Of a stretch of 64,000 bases of DNA, positions 18,951 to 28,208 are shown piece after piece. The stretch comes from an uncultured delta proteobacterium. Lineage in GTDB: Bacteria; Desulfobacterota; Desulfobacteria; Desulfobacterales; JAHEIW01. The notes beneath the pieces were generated by a model. The model was not told where the DNA came from and searched no databases. It was given only the letters and a program-made list of their open reading frames with translations. The DNA is taken from NCBI GenBank assembly GCA_963706575.1, contig CAVPNL010000014.1:1-64000 (forward strand), written 5' to 3'. The first letter of the stretch is position 1, and each line of letters opens with the position of its first letter. A program made the translations under genes and the position numbers.

Positions 18951-19015
18951 TTCGCGGCTGGAAGCCGCTCCAACGAACCAGTCATGCCCCTGTGGGAGCG
19001 GCTTCCAGCCGCGAA
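18951..19015. repeat. REP-like inverted doublet
   Basis: ttcgcggctggaagccgctccaac / gtgggagcggcttccagccgcgaa: 24 bp arms, 1 mismatch, 17 bp spacer. Confidence 0.85.
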
Positions 19016-19038
19016 AAAATTCAAACTTAAGATTACAT

Positions 19039-19491
19039 ATGCAAGCACGGCCCGGTACATATGCTTTGGTCATGAGGTGCTCTTCTGATCAACAGATGGA
19101 AGTCGGAAAACTCGGCCGGCTTTACCTTCGACCCGGATTCTATGTGTATGTCGGCAGCGCTTTCGGCCCCGGTGGTCTCAGCGCCCGCATCGCCCATCAT
19201 ATGAAAATTTCCGAAAGACCCCACTGGCACATGGATTACTTACGCCCGGCATTGGATCTAACCGAGGTATGGTTCACATATGATTCCGGACACCGCGAGC
19301 ATCAGTGGGCTGGCGTGCTGGCAGACTTCAGACACACAACCATCCCCATTTCAGGCTTCGGCGCCTCGGACTGCCGCTGCAAATCTCATCTCTATTTGAT
19401 TCGCTCTAAACCTTCCGTCAGGCGGTTTCGTGACAAGTTGCGCGCTAATTTAAATCGTCATGGAAGAATATTTACTCATAAATTAAAATAA
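19039..19491 (+). CDS. GIY-YIG nuclease of DUF123 type
   Basis: GTYAL, GFYVYVGSAFGPGG, RIAHH, HWHMDYL, GFGASDCRCKSHL. Confidence 0.88.
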   Translation: MQARPGTYALVMRCSSDQQMEVGKLGRLYLRPGFYVYVGSAFGPGGLSARIAHHMKISERPHWHMDYLRPALDLTEVWFTYDSGHREHQWAGVLADFRHTTIPISGFGASDCRCKSHLYLIRSKPSVRRFRDKLRANLNRHGRIFTHKLK

Positions 19492-19508
19492 AACCAGTAT
19501 CCGCCAAA

Positions 19509-21747
19509 TTACGCCGCTTCCACCCGGCAGGGAACGTACCGGTGAACCGGCGTACCCAGCGGATCGCGATGGGTGTTCTTGGTCAGGCGGTTGACATTGA
19601 TGCCGTATGTTTCACCATCAACCACCAGGCCGAAACCATGCGGCACCAGGACCATTCCACTGCGGACCTGAGTACTTACCTGGAGCTCCCCGACTTCGGC
19701 GGCTGCCTCGGTTGTCACGCGAACCGGCTGCCCGTCGCTCAACCCCATTCTTTCGGCATCTTCAGGGTTCACCGCCACGGTACAGGCCCGCTTGCCTTTG
19801 TTCCACTCCGGGTTTCGCATCAGCGTATTGGCGTTGCAGTCCATGTGCCGGCCGGCATTCAGGATCAAAGGGAACTCATCCGTCATTTTCAAATCCACTG
19901 CCTCACCCGCCGCATCAAGGTTTTTAAGCTGCTCTTCCATTTCAGGGATGTAGACCTCTATTTTGCCGGACGGTGTCTTGATGCCGGCCATGGGATTATC
20001 CGTATCCGCCTGGCCCACCCATAAGCCCTGGGGCGTGTCGAAAAGGGCCTGGAAGATACGGTCGCCAAGGTCCGGGCCCGGCTCGAAGCCGACCCGAGAC
20101 GCGTGCGCGTAAAATTCCTTGGGCGCGGTCATCAACAGACCCCAGAGAGCGGCCAGGTTGGCACTGTCCCATTCCCGCCCCAGTGTCTTGGCCAGCACAA
20201 AAGGCATGGCGCGCATGGCGCGGGGTTCCTCGGCCGCCCAGGTGATCAGTTTGGCACCGAAAGCCAGGCGGTCACCTTTGGCGGCTTGATAGAGCTCATC
20301 GGGAATATTGGGAATCAGCCCCAGTTTGTCGGCCAGCCGGGTAAATATTTGCCCCGCCTCCAGGCAATCACCCGGCGGATCGACCACGGGCCGGCGCATC
20401 TGAAAGAAAATCCCGGGGTAGGTCCACGGGAAAAAGGTCCCGTCCCAGCTTTCATAATACGTTCGACACGGCAGGACGTAGTGGGCCAGCCGGGCCGTTT
20501 CGTTCATGACGATTTCGTTGACGACCAGCAGATCCAACTTGGCAAAAGCTTCTTCATAAGCCGTTGTATCCGGATAGGCCCGCAGGGGATTACAGGCGCT
20601 GACATGAACCGCCCGGAGACGTTCGGGATGATCGCTTAAGATTTCCTCCGGCATGGCCCCGGGCGGGAAGGAGCCGGCCGCCACCGGCGGGAAGTCGGTG
20701 GCCATGGTACGCCAGGTTTTGGGGTCGCGCTCGTCCGCATGTCTACCCATTGGCATCATCATCGCAGGTATGATATTGCCGCCCCGAACGCCGAATACAC
20801 CGCATACGGCGCAGAGAATGGCCATGACATATGAATTGAGCGTACTGTGCCGCCCCATATAGATACCCAGGTCTGGATGAATGCACCACTGTTTTGTGGT
20901 CATCATTTCGCATACGCGGCGAACCAGGTTGTAATCGAGTTCACATACATCAAGAGCCGATTTGGCATCAAACCCCTCGAAACAGGGCCGTATCCTATCG
21001 AACCCTTCCACATATTGGTGCAGGTAGTCTTTCTTCTCCCATCCTTCATCCAGGATAATGGATATCATGGCTTTCATTAACAATGCATCGGTTCCGGGCC
21101 GCACGGCCAAATGGATGTCGGCAATGGCTGCCGTTTCGCTTTTGCGGGGATCAACCACCACCAACATGCGATCCGGGTCCTTTGGAGAAACCTTTGAGCA
21201 CCTTACGGGCCTGGGGCATCTGGTGGCTCATCATACCGTTCCAGCCCCAGCCCACCAGCATCTCGGCCTGATGTTCATCGGGAATCGCGACAAGGTATTG
21301 CTTACCCAGGACCCGGCCGTTGACCCACCAGGCGCCGCAGAACTCCTGACCGGCAGAGCTGTAAAAATATTTGGATCCCATGCCGGCCAGCAGGGACAAA
21401 CCGAAGGCACCTTCAAAATGGCCGCCCTGGGCGCTGGCGCCCATGTACGCCAGGCAACGCGGGCCGTGCTCGTCTACCAGGGTCCGCATTTTCGCGGCGA
21501 TTTCGTCGATGGCCTGATCCCAGGAAATCGGTTCAAAACCGTCGCCCACCTTTTTAAGCGGCTCGGTCAGACGTTCCTTGGGGTACTGGTGATAAATGAC
21601 ATTAAGACCCTTGCGGCAGGCATACCCTTCGCTGCGCAGGTTCTCCTTATCCGGCCGCACTTTCACCATTCGGCCGTCTTCGACCCGTACTTGGAGTCCA
21701 CAGTTTTGAGCGCATAGAACGCACCCGGTTTTTTTCCATTCACTCAT
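19509..21747 (-). pseudogene. Molybdopterin (DMSO-reductase superfamily) oxidoreductase split by a 1 bp frameshift near 21180
   Basis: ORF 21151-21747 has the CVLCAQNC..CRKG Fe-S domain; ORF 19509-21167 has VVVDPRKSETA, NETARLAHYVLP and the C-terminal VNPEDA domain; removing one base restores ..FSKDPDRMLVVVDPR. Confidence 0.85.
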
Positions 21748-21825
21748 AGCAGCCTCCAGTAATTTTTATGCAATATTTTCAATGACGAATAACGAGCCAT
21801 TCCTGCACAGCGCGCATTACCACGA

Positions 21826-23727
21826 TCAAGAGGACCGATTGCCGACTGGCGTTGATATCGGGACCTCCCGGTCCTGGTCGAAAGTGATGGTCAGATGATA
21901 GTAGTCAGTCTTGCGCGTCGTTTTTAGCGGATACGGCGCTTTCTCATATACCTTCCACATGGGGGTGTTGGTGGCCAGCACATCGGCGACAATCCCCTGC
22001 AGCCCCCGCTCTTTTGCGATCCGGATGAGCATATTCAGTAGATACGTGGCAATGCCTTTGCCCTGGTAATCTTCGTCCACGATAAAGGCCGTGTCTGCGT
22101 ATGGCCGATCCGGCAGGGCAGCGTAACGGGCTTCGGCAATGATGCTTCCGGCTCCTGATTCCCCCACCAGTCCAATAATTGATATGTTCTGCCGATAGTC
22201 TACGTTCACATACTTCTGCATGCGGTTATGAGGCATGGCTTTGACCGGGCTGAAATAACGATAGTACACCGCTTCGCTGGAAAAGCGGTAGAAAAGACGC
22301 CGCATCTCTTCTTCATCCGACGGTCGGATCGCCCAAAAACGGACCTTCAGTCCGTCCTTGAAGGTATGTACGCTGCTAAGTTCTTCCGGATAACAATGAC
22401 CGGAATCGAGGTAGATCTGATCGCGGTAAATGAGGCGGGCTTCCTTGGCCCGCTCGACCAGACCGGCCCGGTCTTCGGGATGGGCGATATCGATCAGAGC
22501 CAGAGCCCGCTCGCGAACCGATCGGCCCGTAAGATAGGCCACACCGTACTCAGTCACCACAAAATCAATGGAAGAGGCCACCTCCAGTAGTTTCGGGAAT
22601 TCATTAACCGTCAGGCGGATATTGGGCTCACCCGCTAGATTCCGGCTGGGCAGGCCCATAATGATTCGGCCGCGAGGTGAGAAGTTTGCGCCCTCCACCA
22701 TTTCTTCCGCCGCACCCTGGCTGGCCGACATTAGTCCTTTACCCGCATGCATGGCCACGCGCCCGGAGAGGTCCACCTTCCGAGCCGAGAGGATTGTCAT
22801 ATATCTCGGGTTGGCACCAACCAGCCGCGGATCCGCCACCACTTCGATGCCCTGGAACTCGATCAGAGGATTGTCGCTGAGCCAGTCCATCAGCTTGCGG
22901 GTTCCGAATGCATACGATACCACGCTCTTACCCGGAAAGATCCGCTTGCTGCGGTTTGAAACTGCGCCGCTCTGGATAATCTCCATCAAAGCATCCGTGA
23001 TCATCAGGCTATGCACGCCCAGTTGCCGCTTCTTTGACAGATAAGGGACCAGGGCTTCGTAAAGCGGTCCCAGGGAGAACCCGATGCAGTCTCCATCTTG
23101 AAGCAGACCGGCCACATTGCAGGCGACTTTGTCAAAGACCTCGTCCACGGGCCATCGCCCAGTGTAGATCAGGGGTTCAGTGGATTCGATTAAATGATCG
23201 AATTCATCGACATGAACAAAGGCGTCACCGCCGGTTCGGGGGGTTTCGGAGTTGATCTCACCCACAACCAGGTCAGCTTTCTCCATTGCCTGCCGGGCCA
23301 CGTCTACAGATACCCCCAGACTGGCGTATCCAGCTTCGTCCGGCGGCGATATCTGGACGAAAGCCGCATCCACCTGGATCGTACCCGATGCGATCAAGCC
23401 GGGAAGCTTGGAAAACCGGGACTGGATCAGATCCACACGCCCGGCGGAAACCGCTTCATTGGCCACATAGCCGGAAAAGAATGTCTTGAGGCGATACTTC
23501 TGAAAATAGCGTTCATCGATGGGCAGGGCTTCGCCGACGCTGATGAGCTGAATCAGGGTCAGGTCCGCCAGGTTACCCATTTTTGACGCCATCAAATGTT
23601 GAACCATGGTTCGGGGTTCGGCCACACCGGTTCCCAGAAAAATATTCATACCGGGTCGAATTTCGTCCAGCACCTTATCCGGTTTCACGATTCTATCGTT
23701 CCAGAGCGGTTTTTTAACCGGACTCAT
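21826..23727 (-). CDS. Acetyl-CoA hydrolase/transferase-like domain fused to a GNAT acetyltransferase
   Basis: VQISPPDEAGYASLGVSVD, VVTEYGVAYL.G.SVRERALALIDIAHP; C-terminal YYRYFS, VDEDYQGKGIA. Confidence 0.9.
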   Translation of the reverse strand: MSPVKKPLWNDRIVKPDKVLDEIRPGMNIFLGTGVAEPRTMVQHLMASKMGNLADLTLIQLISVGEALPIDERYFQKYRLKTFFSGYVANEAVSAGRVDLIQSRFSKLPGLIASGTIQVDAAFVQISPPDEAGYASLGVSVDVARQAMEKADLVVGEINSETPRTGGDAFVHVDEFDHLIESTEPLIYTGRWPVDEVFDKVACNVAGLLQDGDCIGFSLGPLYEALVPYLSKKRQLGVHSLMITDALMEIIQSGAVSNRSKRIFPGKSVVSYAFGTRKLMDWLSDNPLIEFQGIEVVADPRLVGANPRYMTILSARKVDLSGRVAMHAGKGLMSASQGAAEEMVEGANFSPRGRIIMGLPSRNLAGEPNIRLTVNEFPKLLEVASSIDFVVTEYGVAYLTGRSVRERALALIDIAHPEDRAGLVERAKEARLIYRDQIYLDSGHCYPEELSSVHTFKDGLKVRFWAIRPSDEEEMRRLFYRFSSEAVYYRYFSPVKAMPHNRMQKYVNVDYRQNISIIGLVGESGAGSIIAEARYAALPDRPYADTAFIVDEDYQGKGIATYLLNMLIRIAKERGLQGIVADVLATNTPMWKVYEKAPYPLKTTRKTDYYHLTITFDQDREVPISTPVGNRSS

Positions 23728-23822
23728 GACCGGTCTCCTTTTTTAAGGAAAAACGCCGTCCTTGGATTTTTCAAAATTTCACGGTAACTCATTTTTTTGT
23801 GTGTGCATATTGTTTCTTATTT

Positions 23823-23838
23823 ATACGGTTGTCCGTAT
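23823..23838. promoter_or_regulatory. Palindromic putative regulator site
   Basis: ATACGG-TTGT-CCGTAT perfect inverted repeat upstream of the 23727 start. Confidence 0.45.
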
Positions 23839-23840
23839 TA

Positions 23841-23854
23841 ATACCAATCGGTAT
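23841..23854. promoter_or_regulatory. Putative TetR operator
   Basis: ATACC-AATC-GGTAT; its reverse complement matches 24497-24510 at 13/14. Confidence 0.7.
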
Positions 23855-23872
23855 ATTAATCGACAAAAAAAA

Positions 23873-24466
23873 TTATAACCGAAGTTCGGCATTCACCAGG
23901 CATATGATTTGATCGATGTTTCGGCTTAAATGGATGGTGTTGCCTGTGGCCTTTGCCAGCATAATCCCACCTTCGATCAGTGAGACAAAAACAGATGCGA
24001 ATTGCTCGGGTTTGGCATTTGGATGAATCTGTTTATGTTCAATACCGCTGTAAACAATGCGGGTGACGGTGTTTATCCAAGTTTCAGTGGCTTCTGCTAC
24101 CCGCTCTTTTAAAGGTGGATGAATATTGTCGGAGTCAATTACAGCATTCATTAAGGGACATCCGCCCTTGCGGGATATTTCCATAAACTCGTCCAGATAA
24201 AAATTGGCAAATGCTATGAGTTTGTCACAGGCGTTTTCTTTGGAACGAACGATATCCCCAATTTTCTTTGAAATTTCAGCAAAATTATGGTCAAAGGCCG
24301 CAAGGGCGATCTCGTCCTTATCGATGAAATTACCGTAAATCGCGCCTTTGGTCATATTGATGGCCTTGGTCAGCTGTGACATCGTCGTTCCTTTGTAGCC
24401 ATGCATGTTAAAGATAGGCGCTGACTTTTCGATAATGAATTTTCTGGTTTCTTCTGACTTTCCCAT
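23873..24466 (-). CDS. TetR/AcrR transcriptional regulator
   Basis: HTH GYKGTTMSQL...MTKGAIYGNFIDKDEI; GGCPLMN. Confidence 0.93.
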   Translation of the reverse strand: MGKSEETRKFIIEKSAPIFNMHGYKGTTMSQLTKAINMTKGAIYGNFIDKDEIALAAFDHNFAEISKKIGDIVRSKENACDKLIAFANFYLDEFMEISRKGGCPLMNAVIDSDNIHPPLKERVAEATETWINTVTRIVYSGIEHKQIHPNAKPEQFASVFVSLIEGGIMLAKATGNTIHLSRNIDQIICLVNAELRL

Positions 24467-24496
24467 GAATTAACACCCACATTTTGCGCAAAAATT

Positions 24497-24510
24497 ATAC
24501 CGATAGGTAT
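24497..24510. promoter_or_regulatory. Putative TetR autoregulatory operator within a sigma70-like promoter
   Basis: ATACC-GATA-GGTAT lying between minus-strand TTGACA (24520-24515) and TATAAT (24499-24494). Confidence 0.72.
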
Positions 24511-24547
24511 ATTTTGTCAAGCATTTTTTGCGCGAATTTTTAAATAA

Positions 24548-24583
24548 TAAAGGCCGTATGCGAAACGTCGCATACGGCCTTTA
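24548..24583 (-). terminator. Intrinsic terminator hairpin
   Basis: Perfect 16 bp stem TAAAGGCCGTATGCGA-AACG-TCGCATACGGCCTTTA followed by a T-rich tract on the minus strand. Confidence 0.75.
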
Positions 24584-24784
24584 GCATTTATTTCTTACAC
24601 GAAATGCTGAAATATCTTTCGTCAGCCCAATTTCGCCTTGAGGGCACCCACCATGCTTTTCATATCGGCGGGATCACCGTTGGGGTGCAGCACGATCATA
24701 ATCATCTGCCATTTGCCAAAGGGAGAGGCTTACAAAAAAAAATAGGCATGGGGCAAAATTTGTTATATGGTTGCTTTGCCAATC

Positions 24785-24989
24785 TAAAACCTATCTTAAA
24801 AATGAATCTAATACCCAATGGCGGTGTTGCAAACCTCCTTAAAATGCTCACATACTACATGTATGCTGGGAACAACGACTTTTGCGTCGGCTTGCGCCTT
24901 GTTGCATACCTTAATTTATTAAGATCAGATATGTAATCCCGCTTAGCGGGGCCCTTGGGCATGATCTGCAGTTTTTGAGATAGGTTTCG
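24785..24989 (-). mobile_element. MITE-like element carrying a ~50 bp nested insert
   Basis: TIRs taaaacctatcttaaaaa / tttttgagataggttt; internal caaggcgcaagccgacgcaaaagtcgttgttcccagcatacatgtagtatgtgagcattt (minus strand) shared with the 37171 and 40930 copies. Confidence 0.8.
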
Positions 24990-25031
24990 ACAAAAATCGG
25001 CTGAATACCTTTTAATGAAAGGCGTTTTCAA

Positions 25032-25850
25032 ATGACATCTTCACCATCAAATATTTCTGAACAGATTATCGCCAAGGCAAAATCCTTGGGCGCTTCATTA
25101 GCCGGTATTGCTGACGCCGCGCTCCTCAAGCAATCGCCGTCTCACTTCATCTATCCCAAAATGGAGCACAACCTCGCTGTCGGCTCTCGTGAAACCGCAG
25201 AAGGTATCGAATTAGGACAAGTTGTTTGGCCGTCAAATGCCAAAGCGGTGGTTGTAATTGCCGTCGAACATAAGAAAGATGAGCCGCAAATGGATTGGTG
25301 GGATGGCCAGACAGGCACATTCGGAAATCGAATTTTAATTCGGATAAACAATCACCTGTCCGACTGGGTGGAAGATAAATTTGAGATTAAAACACATAAA
25401 CTACCCTATCATGTTGAAAAAGGCGGCATTTTTTTAAAAGATTCGGCCGTGATGGCGGGATTGGGTTGTATTGGTAAAAATAATCTGCTGGTAACACCGG
25501 AATTCGGTCCTAGAATTCGTCTGCGGGCCATGATTCTGGAAGCGCAAGTTGAACCCACCGGTCCGGTTCAGTTTGACCCCTGCGACGGCTGTAAGGAACC
25601 GTGCAGACGCGTCTGTCCCCAAAAGGCTTATAGCGATATCGTTTTCTCATCCGTCGAAATGGGGATGCTGACCCTTCCCGGCCGCAACGGCTGCTACAGC
25701 CGGGCAACATGCAACATCCAGATGGAAAAAGATATTGCTGAAGCTGAAATCCTGCAAACGGAAGGCACGGATGAAACGGGCAAACGTATCAAGTATTGCA
25801 GACGCTGCGAATTTGCATGCATCGCTGGCAAGCCAGCGAAAAAGAAATAA
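25032..25850 (+). CDS. Epoxyqueuosine-reductase/reductive-dehalogenase-like 2x[4Fe-4S] protein
   Basis: AVMAGLGCIGKNNLLVTPEFGPRIRL; CDGCKEPCRRVCP and CRRCEFAC. Confidence 0.85.
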   Translation: MTSSPSNISEQIIAKAKSLGASLAGIADAALLKQSPSHFIYPKMEHNLAVGSRETAEGIELGQVVWPSNAKAVVVIAVEHKKDEPQMDWWDGQTGTFGNRILIRINNHLSDWVEDKFEIKTHKLPYHVEKGGIFLKDSAVMAGLGCIGKNNLLVTPEFGPRIRLRAMILEAQVEPTGPVQFDPCDGCKEPCRRVCPQKAYSDIVFSSVEMGMLTLPGRNGCYSRATCNIQMEKDIAEAEILQTEGTDETGKRIKYCRRCEFACIAGKPAKKK

Positions 25851-25980
25851 GGACTGACAACAATATCGCCTGAATTTTATGTTTCTTTACCGAATCAAAT
25901 AGAACAATTAAAAACTTAAAGTTTTAGCGTTATAGCCGATTTATTCAATTCTTCAGATTTTTGTATGGCGTTAGCTAATC

Positions 25981-26295
25981 TCAAACCGCTCCATTCTCAT
26001 CCTTCCAATAGTTGACCTCCAATGTCAACCCTTCAACTTTTTGAATAACCACTCTATCACCCGGTAATAAAGGGACTTCACTGACAGCCTGCCATAGTTC
26101 CCCGTTCACGAAAACTTTTCCTTCATTTTTCTTCCACTGTTTGACCTCACCCACTTTACCCAACATGCCCGGCACCCCACAAACAGATTTTCTCTTCCTG
26201 CCCATGATAAACCAGAACAAAGGAAAGACCGCGTGCTCAATTAACTCAAAGAGTAAAACTCCTATAACCAGGGTCAATATTATGGTTTTTATCAT
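25981..26295 (-). CDS. NfeD-family membrane protein (C-terminal OB domain)
   Basis: GMLGKVGEV..GKVFVNGELWQA..GDRVVIQKVEGLTLEV. Confidence 0.88.
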   Translation of the reverse strand: MIKTIILTLVIGVLLFELIEHAVFPLFWFIMGRKRKSVCGVPGMLGKVGEVKQWKKNEGKVFVNGELWQAVSEVPLLPGDRVVIQKVEGLTLEVNYWKDENGAV

Positions 26296-26322
26296 CCTTT
26301 GATTCCGTGTTTACATCATGGT

Positions 26323-26799
26323 TCAAGCATTTAGCTTACCAATCCAATCGCCTACCCAATGTGTAATTCCAATCACTGCGATGGCGATCATGAGGTGTTC
26401 CCCAACAATTTTCCAGGGTGGTTCACTCTGGGATTTTGCGATAATGTAGCTTAGTAGCGAAAGAATTGACAATCCCCATATCAAACTAATAACAATCGCA
26501 GTGGATAGAGGAAATAAAATCACCGGCACAACGAAGGTCATTGCAAATAGAAGCTTCGCCCAAAAGGTCGAAATCGTGGCTGCCCATATTTGCTTGATGG
26601 TATGCTTGCTTTCAGCTTCCTTTGAAACGTGGATACCCAGGGCATCTGAAAAAGCGTCGGCAATGGCGATTGTCAGAATCCCGGCGAGAACCACAATCTT
26701 CGAATGCGTTCCGGAGTGCAAACCGACCATCAGACCGAGGGTCGTGATGACCGCTGATGTCAGCCCGAAAGAAATGCCGGTGCGTAAAGAATCTTTCAT
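26323..26799 (-). CDS. VIT1/CCC1-like membrane protein
   Basis: ATG 26799 after GGAGAGG; FGLTSAVITTLGLMVG, IAIADAFSDALGIHVS. Confidence 0.82.
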   Translation of the reverse strand: MKDSLRTGISFGLTSAVITTLGLMVGLHSGTHSKIVVLAGILTIAIADAFSDALGIHVSKEAESKHTIKQIWAATISTFWAKLLFAMTFVVPVILFPLSTAIVISLIWGLSILSLLSYIIAKSQSEPPWKIVGEHLMIAIAVIGITHWVGDWIGKLNA

Positions 26800-26886
26800 C
26801 TGTTGGTCCTCTCCAATGTTCTCATTGGGTTCTGTCGGCACCGGAAACACATCGGTGTGCGGCTTAAAGCAATTATTAAAGGGCCA

Positions 26887-27468
26887 TCACTTGGGTATCT
26901 TAACATCGTCATCATCATAAATCCCTTTCTCGGCGGTTATGTGACAGGCTGTGCAGTTTGCCAACGACCCAATGGACTCGCGTTTAAAGATCGCTGGGTC
27001 CAATTCGTGGTGCTTTTCACGGATATATGGGATATCAGAAATACGCATGGGCACCTGGTTTCTCAAACTTCTCATGATTTTTTTCGATCGCTTGGCTGAA
27101 GAGTTTTCCGCTCCATTCGTTTTAAGATAATCTGAAATGGTTTTTATCGCATCCGGATCGGCCTCAATTTCCTCTCCGAAATGGTCATCGAGTTGATTCA
27201 AAATTTTCAGCCATGAAGCGGAAGGTAACAACTCAGGCTGATATGCGAAATGGCACTCACCACATGTCTCTTTATATGCCTGGCTGGTGACCGGTTTCAG
27301 ATGGTCGTTACGATCATTGTCGTCATTATCATCATCAATTTTTTCAGATCCACCTCGATACCGGTGTCTTTTTCTGTAACGATCATCATCGGCAAAAGAA
27401 TCAAAAATTAAACCGAGTGTCAAAAGAAGCGATATTGCACATATGATATATCTGACGCAATTTTTCAT
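26887..27468 (-). CDS. Dihaem cytochrome c (DHC family)
   Basis: Signal peptide; CGECH..AYQPELLP..W..L.DHFG; CTACH..AEKG.Y. Confidence 0.92.
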   Translation of the reverse strand: MKNCVRYIICAISLLLTLGLIFDSFADDDRYRKRHRYRGGSEKIDDDNDDNDRNDHLKPVTSQAYKETCGECHFAYQPELLPSASWLKILNQLDDHFGEEIEADPDAIKTISDYLKTNGAENSSAKRSKKIMRSLRNQVPMRISDIPYIREKHHELDPAIFKRESIGSLANCTACHITAEKGIYDDDDVKIPK

Positions 27469-27485
27469 GGCCAACCTCCTCTTAA

Positions 27486-28145
27486 TCAGAAAAGCTGCTT
27501 GCGCCCGGTAATCATCGCTTTGATTAAATTTTCCCGGTGCACAAAACTCGATATCAATACCCCCATGATATGAATCGATACTAAAAAGACTGTAAAATAG
27601 GCCATAGCCTCATGAATTTCTTCCCAAAATTCATCTTTCTCATTTTTCTCAGACATATGATTCTTTTGCCTGCGCCGTTTCCAATTGTCGTGTTCATCAT
27701 GATTCTCTTTATCATCACTATCGGCAAAAGCATTAGTCATAAACAAGATTTCATGTTTGGCAAAAGGACCGTGTCCTTTTACCCCATAGGCTTTTAGACC
27801 GGTTAGGGTGAGGGACAACAAACTCAATAGCATAATAAAGATCATAAATCCCCCGGCAGGATTATGACCAATGTAATGTTTGGGTCTTCCGATCAACAAT
27901 CCTTTCAGATAATCCGTTATTTGGGTCGGAGGGTATAAAAAATCAGAAAACCGAGCGTATTTTGTGCCCACAAAGCCATATAAAATACGAAAAAACACCA
28001 GAAACAGCACACTATAGCCGAATACAACATGTAGCTTCCGGCTATCTTCTGAGCTTATGAAGGCGATTGCGAAACATACAACCAGTGCCCAGTGAAAAAC
28101 ACGAATAGCAATGTCCCAGGCTTTTATAAATTGCTTGTTTTTCAT
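27486..28145 (-). CDS. Cytochrome b/b6 (Ni-hydrogenase cytochrome b-type) membrane protein
   Basis: WD..IRVFHW, LHVVFGY, FRILYGFVGTKYARFSDF, GHNPAG, EEIHE, HIMGV, ENLIKAMITG. Confidence 0.92.
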   Translation of the reverse strand: MKNKQFIKAWDIAIRVFHWALVVCFAIAFISSEDSRKLHVVFGYSVLFLVFFRILYGFVGTKYARFSDFLYPPTQITDYLKGLLIGRPKHYIGHNPAGGFMIFIMLLSLLSLTLTGLKAYGVKGHGPFAKHEILFMTNAFADSDDKENHDEHDNWKRRRQKNHMSEKNEKDEFWEEIHEAMAYFTVFLVSIHIMGVLISSFVHRENLIKAMITGRKQLF

Positions 28146-28208
28146 TTAATGGAATCTCCTGCTGGTTCATATGATTGGAAATTGATATTAATCAAAAAAA
28201 AGGACCAA

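Noticed and set aside
18940..19038. N-terminal extension with CPCGSG resembling a SEC-C motif
   Set aside because: It is the translation of the REP doublet; ATG 19039 matches the DUF123 start.
21151..21200. Programmed frameshift or selenocysteine recoding in the molybdoenzyme
   Set aside because: The break is a frame change rather than an in-frame TGA, and there is no canonical slippery heptamer.
21058..21717. 219 aa plus-strand ORF
   Set aside because: Antisense to the molybdoenzyme N-terminal half.
24604..24936. Short ORFs over MITEs (also 37182-37373, 40857-41222, 14499-14714)
   Set aside because: They span non-coding repeat elements and show no transposase motifs.
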